Positions 39,317 to 48,109 of a stretch of DNA of 64,000 nt are shown here, piece after piece. Numbering within the stretch: the first letter of the stretch is position 1; every line of letters starts with the position of its first letter. This DNA comes from Thermoplasmata archaeon (lineage in GTDB: Archaea > Thermoplasmatota > Thermoplasmata > RBG-16-68-12 > SOIM01), in contig JAGLME010000004.1 of assembly GCA_023140195.1 (NCBI GenBank), forward strand, positions 8,578 through 72,577, given 5' to 3'. Below the pieces are notes generated by a model, which was given only the letters and a program-made list of their open reading frames with translations, was not told the origin of the DNA and did no database searches. The position numbers were made by a program, and so were the translations under genes.

Positions 39317-39955
39317 TCACTCCAACAGAAGGTCCACGTGAGGTGCCAAGCTTATCATCCTCACCCTCGAATCATCCTCACCCGGAGCAATCGTTATGAC
39401 GCCCTTCTTCTTGAGCTCCTTGATGTGGTGGTTCATGGTCGCCTTATGAATCCCGATTTTTTCTGCCAGATCGGTCTGCGAGATGGGTCTCTCCTTGTTC
39501 TTCCGCAGGAAGTTCAGTATCACTTTCTGTTTGCTGGTGAAGTTGGATGAGTAGTCCATCTGAAGCAAGGGAAGCCGTATCTCCTCGAATGTCTCGTCAT
39601 GAACGTACATCGTGGGAATTCCCTTCAGTATGCAGACCAGGAGAGCAGCGGAGCTGGTGAGCCTGGTGCCGCCAGCGATGTTGAAACGGATGTTCGCGTT
39701 TCCTTCGGACCGGACCTTCTCGATGTCCTCCTTCATCCTCTCGGCGATGTCGATGAGATTGAACACATTGGGCAGTTGTATTGGTTGGACCGGAAGGCCG
39801 ATCGAATTGCAGTGCTCGACGACCTTGTCTCTGGCCTTGATCGTTTCTGGATTGTCGCTGTGATAGAAATAGAGCTTCTCGATGTGCTTAGTGGACCTGA
39901 TCGAAGGTATGAGGCTCTGAGGCCTCCATCCCAGGGTTCCGAACAATATCGTCAT
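39317..39955 (-). CDS. Csa3-like CARF + winged-HTH transcription regulator
   Basis: TILFGTLGW..., IRFNIAGGTRLTSSAALLVCIL, and a C-terminal HTH ISQTDLAEKIGIHKATMNHHIKELKKKGVI. Confidence 0.5.
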   Translation of the reverse strand: MTILFGTLGWRPQSLIPSIRSTKHIEKLYFYHSDNPETIKARDKVVEHCNSIGLPVQPIQLPNVFNLIDIAERMKEDIEKVRSEGNANIRFNIAGGTRLTSSAALLVCILKGIPTMYVHDETFEEIRLPLLQMDYSSNFTSKQKVILNFLRKNKERPISQTDLAEKIGIHKATMNHHIKELKKKGVITIAPGEDDSRVRMISLAPHVDLLLE

Positions 39956-40073
39956 GGTCTACCTCTAACTATGATGTGCTCTCAGTCCTTTAGTCTATGT
40001 TAATACTATCTGCATAATATTCAAACTATATTAGAGTTAGCAGATATACTCAACCGCCAATCCCTTCATGTAG

Positions 40074-40538
40074 ATGACAAACAGCCAAAGAATAGTGTTC
40101 TTTGACGCGGAGGGAACGCTGTACGTGCCCAAGAAGGGGAAGACCTTTGATGATTTCTGGGAAGGCGGCGAACACACTCTCAAGAGGGCTCTGGAGAACT
40201 TCGAATTGAACCAGGGAGTCGAGGAAACACTTGGGGAGCTGTTGAAGAAGGGACACGAACTCGTCGTTGTTTCGGTGCACAAGCCAGATCTGCTACCAGA
40301 TCTCCTGAAAGGCCTGGGGATCGGGAGATGTTTTTCCGATGTTCTGGTCAACGGGGATAAAGGGAAGCTGATGGAGGAATACCTCGATCAAAAGGAGGTT
40401 CCCAAGGAGAACGCGATGATAGTCGGGGACATCTACCACATGGACATCGAGCCAGCTGAGAAGGTTGGCATCAGAGGGCTGCTACTTCCCGGATCAGAAC
40501 TGAGAGAGTTTCGAGACATTATCCACCATATTGACTGA
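40074..40538 (+). CDS. HAD-superfamily hydrolase
   Basis: Motif I FFDAEGTLY and a C-terminal IVGDIYHMDIEPAEKVG (motif IV-like). Confidence 0.55.
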   Translation: MTNSQRIVFFDAEGTLYVPKKGKTFDDFWEGGEHTLKRALENFELNQGVEETLGELLKKGHELVVVSVHKPDLLPDLLKGLGIGRCFSDVLVNGDKGKLMEEYLDQKEVPKENAMIVGDIYHMDIEPAEKVGIRGLLLPGSELREFRDIIHHID

Positions 40539-40588
40539 TTCCATTCTGTCATGGGAACATTTTTTATGCAAGAGGGTTTCAGCGCCAT

Positions 40589-41122
40589 GTGGACCCGTTT
40601 TCCCATTACATGGTGGCGTACGCTGCAGGACGCAGGGCGGACATCAGCGTCAACAAGATGAGAGCTATCACTCTTGCCGGGGTGATACCTGACGTTGACA
40701 GCATTTCGATCGTTTTCGGAATAGAAGCGTTCAAGGACTTTCACGGCGGTCCGGTGCACTCCATCCTCGTCGGAATGATCCTGGCCCTGGTCATCGCCTT
40801 GGGTTTCTACCTGTACACGAAGGAGAACGTCCTGCTCTGGTCGATCATAGGGGTATTCTTCCATCTCCTTCTGGACATACCGAACACCCTAAACTACGAG
40901 ATGGCGCAGGATGGACTTAGGTATCTCTGGCCCTTCTCAGACTACAGGATAGCACTGCAGAACGTGGTCCCGAGCCCGGAGGCATGGCATCTGTTGATCA
41001 TAACAACCATCTTCGGCCTCTCAATGGTGTACTTCGTGATACTGGCTAGAAAGGACGCCTACCCTTGGAGAATCTGGTTTGATGAGAAGAAGCTATTCGG
41101 GAAGAAAGAGGACACTGCCTAG
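40589..41122 (+). CDS. membrane-bound metal-dependent hydrolase (DUF457/YdjM-like)
   Basis: N-terminal MDPFSHYMVAYA and a His-containing TM core. 177 aa. Confidence 0.45.
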   Translation: MDPFSHYMVAYAAGRRADISVNKMRAITLAGVIPDVDSISIVFGIEAFKDFHGGPVHSILVGMILALVIALGFYLYTKENVLLWSIIGVFFHLLLDIPNTLNYEMAQDGLRYLWPFSDYRIALQNVVPSPEAWHLLIITTIFGLSMVYFVILARKDAYPWRIWFDEKKLFGKKEDTA

Positions 41123-42066
41123 AACTCGTCCAGTCCCAGCAGGCAGAATTTGCCATCTTTGAGTCCGTACATCCTTGAGATCTCCTTGTAAGCAAGACTC
41201 TTCTTGAGGGGGGCCACCATGACCTTCTCCCAGCTGTGTTCATCGGTCATATATCCCCTGGATCCGACATAATCGATCTGCTTCCTCCCTCCCAAGGGAA
41301 GGACGGTGATGTAATCTCCTTTATCTCCGCATTCAATCTCACGGAACATTCGGTCCATGTTCTTCTTTGCAGTGACTACCATTTCCTGGACGAAGATGTC
41401 GGCACCTAACTGTCTCTTCACGATGTAGCCGCCAACACCATCTTTCGTTTCAACGATATAGATCATGGCCTTCAACGAATCCGAAATCTTCAACCTCCAG
41501 TCGAAGTAGTTCTTCTGTCTCAGAACATGACCGTAGAGGTCCCTGGAGAACCGTTCGAAGACCTTATCGAGATCGCGGACATCCTTCTTCCTGAATTTCC
41601 TTAGGATGCTCTCCTTGGGCTTCTTCCTCCTTATCAGAGGCTTGGTACACCTCGGGACGTCGACAGCATCTCGGTAGCCTAATTTCACGTACAATGGATA
41701 TGCAACGAATGACGATCGGGTCAGCAGGAACGACAACCTCATCCCTTCATCGGCGGAGCGATCGTGAAGCTCCTTCATGAGTATTGTCGAGAAACCTCTC
41801 CTCTTGTGTGATGGATGGCTGGCGACTCCGGCAACGCCCAAGGATAGTTCTTCTCCGTCAGTTGTCTTTGTTGGAATTCGCAGGCCCACGACCTGGGACA
41901 CGATCTTCCCCTTATCGACCGCGTAGAGGAGCGAATCCGAGGACCATCTATCGTCATACTTGATCAAGTCCTCGACCCTTGATGGGGTCAGCGGCCACCA
42001 CAACGCGTTGATGTTCAGCATGAACGCTTCCTGGGGGTCGATCTCATCGTAGTGGAGGATCTTCAT
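41119..42066 (-). CDS. GNAT family N-acetyltransferase (Eis-like, with C-terminal extension)
   Basis: Acetyl-CoA motif A HPSHKRRGFSTILMKEL and a GNAT beta-alpha core. 315 aa. Confidence 0.5.
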   Translation of the reverse strand: MKILHYDEIDPQEAFMLNINALWWPLTPSRVEDLIKYDDRWSSDSLLYAVDKGKIVSQVVGLRIPTKTTDGEELSLGVAGVASHPSHKRRGFSTILMKELHDRSADEGMRLSFLLTRSSFVAYPLYVKLGYRDAVDVPRCTKPLIRRKKPKESILRKFRKKDVRDLDKVFERFSRDLYGHVLRQKNYFDWRLKISDSLKAMIYIVETKDGVGGYIVKRQLGADIFVQEMVVTAKKNMDRMFREIECGDKGDYITVLPLGGRKQIDYVGSRGYMTDEHSWEKVMVAPLKKSLAYKEISRMYGLKDGKFCLLGLDEF

Positions 42067-42144
42067 TGGAAATCCTCCAGAACCTGAATCTACTTAACAT
42101 TGGCGGTAATCCAGCCTTCTGAAAAGGGGAAAGCGAAGTGTCGC

Positions 42145-42981
42145 CTATCTCTCGGAGAATATCGCCTTGATCTCGCCCATCTTCACTTCCGGATTCTCCG
42201 ATGGATTGAGATCGCCCAGGAGCTCTTTCTCGTAGGTGGGTGCCTTGGTCTGATAGAAGATCCCCAGCGGCATCTTGTCCTCCTCACGGCTCCGTTTCCA
42301 GGCAGCATCGAAATCGCTTGGGTCGTGGTCCTCCATGATGTACGCCAACTCGTTCCACTCTTTGAAGGTGTTCAGGAAGGTGACGCATGGCTGCATCACC
42401 TGGACGAATGAAAAACCCTCATGCTTGATAGCTGCCTTGAAGATTTCCTGCAGGTGCTTTATCTTCCCGACATAAGCTCTTGCTACGAAGGTTGCTCCAG
42501 AGGCCAATGCCAGCGCGATGGGGTTCATCGGTTCCTCCACGTTGCCCATTGGGGTGCTCTTGCCCTTGAATCCCTTTGCACTAGTGGGCGTGAACTGGCC
42601 TGTTGTGAGCGAATAGACCCGGTTGTCATGTACGATGAGTGTGACGTCGATGTTCCTCTTTGCGCCATGAACGATGTGTGCGATGCCCTCGGCCAGAGCA
42701 TCTCCGTCTCCTTGGAATGAGACCACCTTTAAATCGGGGTTTCCCAGTTTTATGCCAGAGATCGTTGTGAGCGCCCTTCCGTGTAGAGAGTAAAAGCTGT
42801 TCAGGTTAAGGTAATCCATGATCTTAGCGTGGCATCCGATGCCTGCGGAGATAACGATGTTCTCCTTCTTCACATAGCCTTCCTCAACGAGTGCAGTGAC
42901 GGATCTCTTGAATGCGTTCTGCAGTCCCATGTCCCCGCATCCGGGGCACCAGGTGTTCTCGGCATATGTTCCAAGCTCCAC
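42145..42981 (-). CDS. korB: 2-oxoacid:ferredoxin oxidoreductase beta subunit (TPP-binding)
   Basis: CPGCGD and SAGIGCHAK/GDGD TPP-binding motifs. Confidence 0.85.
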   Translation of the reverse strand: MELGTYAENTWCPGCGDMGLQNAFKRSVTALVEEGYVKKENIVISAGIGCHAKIMDYLNLNSFYSLHGRALTTISGIKLGNPDLKVVSFQGDGDALAEGIAHIVHGAKRNIDVTLIVHDNRVYSLTTGQFTPTSAKGFKGKSTPMGNVEEPMNPIALALASGATFVARAYVGKIKHLQEIFKAAIKHEGFSFVQVMQPCVTFLNTFKEWNELAYIMEDHDPSDFDAAWKRSREEDKMPLGIFYQTKAPTYEKELLGDLNPSENPEVKMGEIKAIFSER

Positions 42982-44646
42982 TCAGATCACCTCCTTTATC
43001 TGCTTGGCCAGATCAAGCGGGTCGAAAGGCCTGCCGTCATACTTCCTCACAGAACCATCTGCTTTGATGCCGTTCTGCTTCAGAAGCGTGGTGAACTGTC
43101 CGTCGATGCTGAGCTCTATCGTCACGATCTTCTCGGCGCCCTGAAGCGCCTCTTCAACGGCCCATATCGGGAAGGGTTCCAGGTAGATGACTTGCACAAT
43201 CCTGACGTCGTCCAGATACTTCGCCGCCTCCCGTACTGAGCATGTGGTGGACCCGTATGTCACCAACGCGATCTTTCCATCTCCCTCGGTTTCGACCGTC
43301 TTGATCTGTCTCAGACCGTCTTCGATTGCCTTCCGCTTCCTGGCTCTCTTCTCCATCATCGCAACTATGGCTTGCGGGTCCTCGGTCGTGATCCCGTTCT
43401 CATCGTGCTCGTAGCTGGTGGCCTTGATGACTGCATTCTCCACGGGAGGGAACAGCATCGGGGACATTCCCGATTCGGTGATCTTGTACCTTCCATAGTC
43501 CTCGGGATTGCCGTCATACATCAGGAGTTCCTCTGTCTTGATGGAATCGAAGTCGAACCTTGTGGTCATGGTGCTCTCGGCCAGATGTTTCTCGGTCAGC
43601 AGTATGCCTGGTATCTGATATCTCCAGAGCAGGTTCATGAGCTCTGCAGTGGTGGTAAAGGCCTGGTCGTTGTCGGCCGGCGACATGACGATCCTGGAGA
43701 ACTCCCCATGGCCCTGGTACAGTGCGAAGTTCAGATCCCCTTGGGAAGTGTAAGTTGGAACGCCTGTGGACGGTCCGGGTCTGGTCCCGAGATAGCATAG
43801 AAGAGGAGTCTCTGACTGTCCAGCAAGGCTGAACGCCTCCTGCATCAAGGCAAACCCTCCGCCGCTTGAACCAATCATAGTCTTTACACCTGTATAGGCA
43901 CAGCCGATCGCCATGTTGATTGCGGCAATCTCGCTCTCCGGGTGAGAAACCACGATACCCAACCTTTTTGCCTGCGCGGCGAGATAATGAAGAACGGATG
44001 ACATGGGAGTCATTGGATAGGCGATATAACACTTCATGCCGCCCGCAACGGCGCCCAGAGAGATGGCTTCATTGCCGGTCATGACAGCCCCGAGCTTCCC
44101 ATCGCCGGTCTCGATCTGGTACTTGCCAATATGTTCGGAAACGGCATCATACGTCTTCTTGGCCAGGCGAACGTTAGGGTCGGCGTACTTGGGATACGCT
44201 TCCCTGATGGATTCTTCGAGAACGGCGAAGTCCACACCGCCAAGAGCGCACGCAGATGCGACGCCGATTGTACCAGCCAAGACAGGATTGTTGCCTTCTT
44301 CTTTGATCCATGAATACACCGGAATGGGTATCCCCTCTGCACCTTCGACCGCATCAGAGTTGTATACGAGGGTTCCATCATCCCGCACCTTGTCCTTCTG
44401 GATCTCATATGCACAATCGTCCAAACAGGCGAAAACGTGGACTTGTTCGTAGTGACTGAAAACGGGTTTGATACTGGATGCGATTAGGGAGGCGTTGTGT
44501 CCGCCCCGTATCAAAGAAGGATAATCATCCATCTCGAAAACGTGCCTTCCGACCTTGTTCATGATCCGCGAGAACAGTATCCCGCTCATTCGGACCCCTT
44601 GTCCCGCTTCTCCCCCAATGAGGACGGAGTAAATGTTATCTTTCAT
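42982..44646 (-). CDS. korA: 2-oxoacid:ferredoxin oxidoreductase alpha subunit (gamma-alpha fusion)
   Basis: N-terminal gamma-like IGGEAGQGV, then alpha domain GAVAGGMKCYIAYPMTPMS. Zero spacing to korB, as in two-subunit archaeal OFOR. Confidence 0.85.
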   Translation of the reverse strand: MKDNIYSVLIGGEAGQGVRMSGILFSRIMNKVGRHVFEMDDYPSLIRGGHNASLIASSIKPVFSHYEQVHVFACLDDCAYEIQKDKVRDDGTLVYNSDAVEGAEGIPIPVYSWIKEEGNNPVLAGTIGVASACALGGVDFAVLEESIREAYPKYADPNVRLAKKTYDAVSEHIGKYQIETGDGKLGAVMTGNEAISLGAVAGGMKCYIAYPMTPMSSVLHYLAAQAKRLGIVVSHPESEIAAINMAIGCAYTGVKTMIGSSGGGFALMQEAFSLAGQSETPLLCYLGTRPGPSTGVPTYTSQGDLNFALYQGHGEFSRIVMSPADNDQAFTTTAELMNLLWRYQIPGILLTEKHLAESTMTTRFDFDSIKTEELLMYDGNPEDYGRYKITESGMSPMLFPPVENAVIKATSYEHDENGITTEDPQAIVAMMEKRARKRKAIEDGLRQIKTVETEGDGKIALVTYGSTTCSVREAAKYLDDVRIVQVIYLEPFPIWAVEEALQGAEKIVTIELSIDGQFTTLLKQNGIKADGSVRKYDGRPFDPLDLAKQIKEVI

Positions 44647-44776
44647 ACGAAATTCTCCTCTATGTTGCCCCTAGATATCGTTAGGGTTTTTCCTTCTTTC
44701 GATTTGAACCAGTGTATGTCACCAAGTATTAAAGGAATTCGCAACCAAAAAGAACGGAATCGCCAAATAGCGCCAA

Positions 44777-45691
44777 CTAATCTAATCCCTTCATGAGGTG
44801 GGAAACCTCCCTGAGAGCCACCATACTCTCTTCGCTGGCTTCTTCCGAGATTATTTCGATGCATCTTGTGCATGTGCTCAGAGCCTTGTCATGCTCGCCT
44901 TTGGATCTGTAGACCTCCGCCAGAGACAGGTAGGTCCATGGGTTTTCTGGTTCCACTTCCAGAGATCTCTCGTAAAGGGCCACGGACTCGTCCAGGTTCC
45001 CGTTGCTCTCCATCATCAGACCGAACTGGTTGAGCGGTGTGTAGTTGTCGGGCTGCATCTCGGCCCATTTCTGATAGACCCACTGCTCGTGAGAAGAAAA
45101 GCCAACGGCACCGGCGAAGTAAGCGAAGTTCTCCAGGACCTCTTCGGGATCGTTCTCGGTGGATGCAAGGGCGACCGCCTTCTGGAGGTATCTCGAATCG
45201 TCTGGATGCATCAACCTGTCCCATATCATTCCCATGTAGAAGTTGCAGTACGGGTCCTCAGGATCTCGTTTGAGAAAGGCCCTACAGTATTCTGCGGCCT
45301 CATCAAATCGACCGATCATGGCCAGTGACTGGATCAAGAACAGACGCGCCTCTGCCAGTGACTCGTCCCTCTTCAATGCCCTCCGAAGTTGCTCGATCGC
45401 AGCGGCCGGCTTGCCGGTCTCCATCAGGTGTTTGGCATAGATTACCCTGAGCGTCGGTATCTCCGGATATCGCGTGATCATTCCTCTCAAGGACTCCTCA
45501 AAGTTCTCGGGATCGACCTCGGACAAAAAGTAAGACAGGCCAGTAGGACCCAGCCTCTCGAAGTAATCCCTCAATGAACTCTGGAAGACCTTGTCCCTTG
45601 CGTCTGTCTTGGACTCACCAGAATCTCCCGTCATTTCCCATCCCATCCTAAAAGGGTTATGGAATACAGGTCTATAATTCTTTCTGGGCAC
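44777..45691 (-). CDS. TPR-repeat protein
   Basis: Multiple 34-aa W/LG/Y/A/F/A/P-pattern repeats. 304 aa. Confidence 0.55.
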   Translation of the reverse strand: MPRKNYRPVFHNPFRMGWEMTGDSGESKTDARDKVFQSSLRDYFERLGPTGLSYFLSEVDPENFEESLRGMITRYPEIPTLRVIYAKHLMETGKPAAAIEQLRRALKRDESLAEARLFLIQSLAMIGRFDEAAEYCRAFLKRDPEDPYCNFYMGMIWDRLMHPDDSRYLQKAVALASTENDPEEVLENFAYFAGAVGFSSHEQWVYQKWAEMQPDNYTPLNQFGLMMESNGNLDESVALYERSLEVEPENPWTYLSLAEVYRSKGEHDKALSTCTRCIEIISEEASEESMVALREVSHLMKGLD

Positions 45692-45841
45692 TAGACATTG
45701 GAAAACAGGGACCTTTCAAAAACACGACAAATGCTCAATTCTGATGCTAAGTAGAAAAACGAACAACACTGTTTAAATACGCTCAAAGACAATTAGAATG
45801 TACCTGTGAGGGACACCTGTAGCCCGTTGGAGAGAGGCGGG

Positions 45842-47722
45842 ATGACCCACGTAAGGAAGGAAAGAGGTTCTGGAACGATACGCATCGGCATACTTCTGCC
45901 AATGGTCGCTCTGGTCGTCATGTCTTTGGCCCCTTTTCTTTCCCAAAGTGCCGAGGCACGACCTTCCATGAGCGTCGAATTGAGTGTTAGCGACGCCAAC
46001 CTGGAACCCATGGACATTTTCAAATGTACGGTCTTCTTCAACAACAACGGTCATTCGTCAGCACCTCTGGTTTGGATCAATGTCACGATTCCTGACAGTG
46101 TGATGTATCTCTCTGATGACTCTGGAATGGAAAGGGGTGTGAAGGAAGGAGATCACATCTGGAGATTCCCGAACGTTGCCGAAGGAGAGCACACCTTCGA
46201 TATCAACATGCAGGTTTCGGTCAATGTTCATGAGGGAGATGTCACCATCATTTCCCATCTCGACTACCTGGACGACCTCCATATTCCCATGCCATCCTCT
46301 GAGGCCTTTGCCACTCTGTCGATCACCGGATCAGAGTGGAATCTCGCAGACCAGGTCGCGTTCAAACCAGAAGGCACCGTAGGCATACTGAAGGACATAG
46401 GGTCCTCCAAATCCAATACCTCGGTCAACTTCGATATTCAGTCCATCGGGCATGAGACAGGTGATGAGACGGCGCCGGTAGGCGATGACAAGGAGGTGGA
46501 GAATCCTGCACCGCCCCTGCCAGTCACGGACCCTGGCACATCACTTCCAGAAGACCGTATGGAAGACCCAGGGATCGATACGGGAATCGCACTGGACCCG
46601 ATTGACCAGGCTCAGGAGTCCTCCTCAAATCACCATGATCAACGTGAACCGGCCTCTACTCAATCTGAACCGGCAGCTACCGTAGAGGAAGATGCCAGGA
46701 TTGGGAGCGAGCAGCCAGATTCGTACACTGACTACAGCGTACCTACCGAGGTCGTGCAACCAGCGGTCAGCCCAGTAACGAAGATCGAGCCGTCCGAAGT
46801 ATCATCAAAGATCGTCAGCAACAACAATGTATACGGCGCCGGGGACGTGCTTTCGTTCACGATTTACCTGAACAACACCGGTTCTCAGACCGCGAGTCAG
46901 GTCTGGGTCGAGCTCGTGATCCCTTCCTCGGTCCGGTTGGTCGATGACACTTCAGCCCTGATCGGCGGCAAGTCGCTGGGGGAACTGGTCTATGTGTTCT
47001 CCGACATCGGTCCGGGCAACCACGAGTTCTTGATCTACTTAAGCTTCGAGGGAGAAGCGGACGAGTCCACCGAGGTGGAGATCTGGGCGCATGTGTCCTA
47101 CACGGACAGCGTGGGAGGTTTTGTGGGCGAATCTTCCCATCGCGCCAAGTGTGAGATCGTCGCTCAGCCAGGGGAGTTCCCGTTGATGCAGGTGTCAATC
47201 GCCATTCTCTTCGCGGGCCTGATGACCGTGGTGGCGTACTCGACCAAGGAATGGGGAACATACTCGCTTCTCCCGTTCATCGCCCCCCTGTATTCCAGGC
47301 TGAAAAGAAGAGAGGTCATGGACCACGAGTCGAGAGGGATGATAATGGGGTACATAAAGGAGAACCCTGGCGAGCATTTCAACTCCCTCAAGTCAAAGCT
47401 GGACTTCAGGAATGGAACCCTTGCGCATCACTTACACATCTTGGAGAGAGAAAGGGTGATAAAATCGGTGAGGTACGGGAAATACCGCAGGTTCTTCCCA
47501 GTGGGAATGATGGTCTCCAGAAAGGCTTACCCGACCGAGCTGGAGAGAGAGATCCTAGACGTGGTCAAGGAAAGACCAGGCATAAACCAGAAGACCATCG
47601 CCAAGAAGGTGGGCAGGAGCAAATCAACCGTCAACTACCACATTGACATACTGAGGAGAACGAATAAGATACGCACCGAGAAGAACGGGCTGAGCCTCAG
47701 ACACTACGTAATTGAATCCTAG
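45842..47722 (+). CDS. membrane-anchored transcription regulator: signal peptide + extracellular beta-domains + TM + two C-terminal wHTH (MarR/ArsR-like)
   Basis: Signal peptide MTHVRKERGSGTIRIGILLPMVALVVMSLAPFLSQSAEA. Ig/DUF11-like repeats, Pro/Asp/Glu linker, TM VSIAILFAGLMTVVAYS, then HTH units (HFNSLKSKLD...HILERERVIKS and GINQKTIAKKVGRSKSTVNYHIDILRR). Confidence 0.5.
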   Translation: MTHVRKERGSGTIRIGILLPMVALVVMSLAPFLSQSAEARPSMSVELSVSDANLEPMDIFKCTVFFNNNGHSSAPLVWINVTIPDSVMYLSDDSGMERGVKEGDHIWRFPNVAEGEHTFDINMQVSVNVHEGDVTIISHLDYLDDLHIPMPSSEAFATLSITGSEWNLADQVAFKPEGTVGILKDIGSSKSNTSVNFDIQSIGHETGDETAPVGDDKEVENPAPPLPVTDPGTSLPEDRMEDPGIDTGIALDPIDQAQESSSNHHDQREPASTQSEPAATVEEDARIGSEQPDSYTDYSVPTEVVQPAVSPVTKIEPSEVSSKIVSNNNVYGAGDVLSFTIYLNNTGSQTASQVWVELVIPSSVRLVDDTSALIGGKSLGELVYVFSDIGPGNHEFLIYLSFEGEADESTEVEIWAHVSYTDSVGGFVGESSHRAKCEIVAQPGEFPLMQVSIAILFAGLMTVVAYSTKEWGTYSLLPFIAPLYSRLKRREVMDHESRGMIMGYIKENPGEHFNSLKSKLDFRNGTLAHHLHILERERVIKSVRYGKYRRFFPVGMMVSRKAYPTELEREILDVVKERPGINQKTIAKKVGRSKSTVNYHIDILRRTNKIRTEKNGLSLRHYVIES

Positions 47723-47740
47723 GACTCGAAAAACGACTCT

Positions 47741-48040
47741 CTACTCGACGTACCTGCTGGACAGGTCGAGGCATTCCCGGAGCCTGTCGTCGTCGCCCAG
47801 TTTCTTATAGAGATTCCCAAGCACCCTCCAGCCGCCTGGATATTCCGGATTCCGGGTGAGAAGCCCATACAATATCTCGACGGCCTCGTTTAGATTGCCG
47901 AGTTTGGCCAGAAGGAGACCTTTCATGAAAAGGGCGTCCACGTCGTAAGGATTGGTTGCCAACCTCATTCCGGACATTGCCGCGATCTGCTTGAGGTTCT
48001 CGTCCATCCCTTCGGAGTTGTTCCAGTCTGACCCTTTCAT
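47741..48040 (-). CDS. small TPR-like protein
   Basis: 99 aa with two TPR-like helices (ALFMKGLLLAKLGNLNEAVEILYGLL...). Confidence 0.35.
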   Translation of the reverse strand: MKGSDWNNSEGMDENLKQIAAMSGMRLATNPYDVDALFMKGLLLAKLGNLNEAVEILYGLLTRNPEYPGGWRVLGNLYKKLGDDDRLRECLDLSSRYVE

Positions 48041-48109
48041 CTCCTATTCAATCGATGGCTGATATAAGAATGATATCGATAAGAAAATCAAAGTCGATAA
48101 ACAGTCTGG

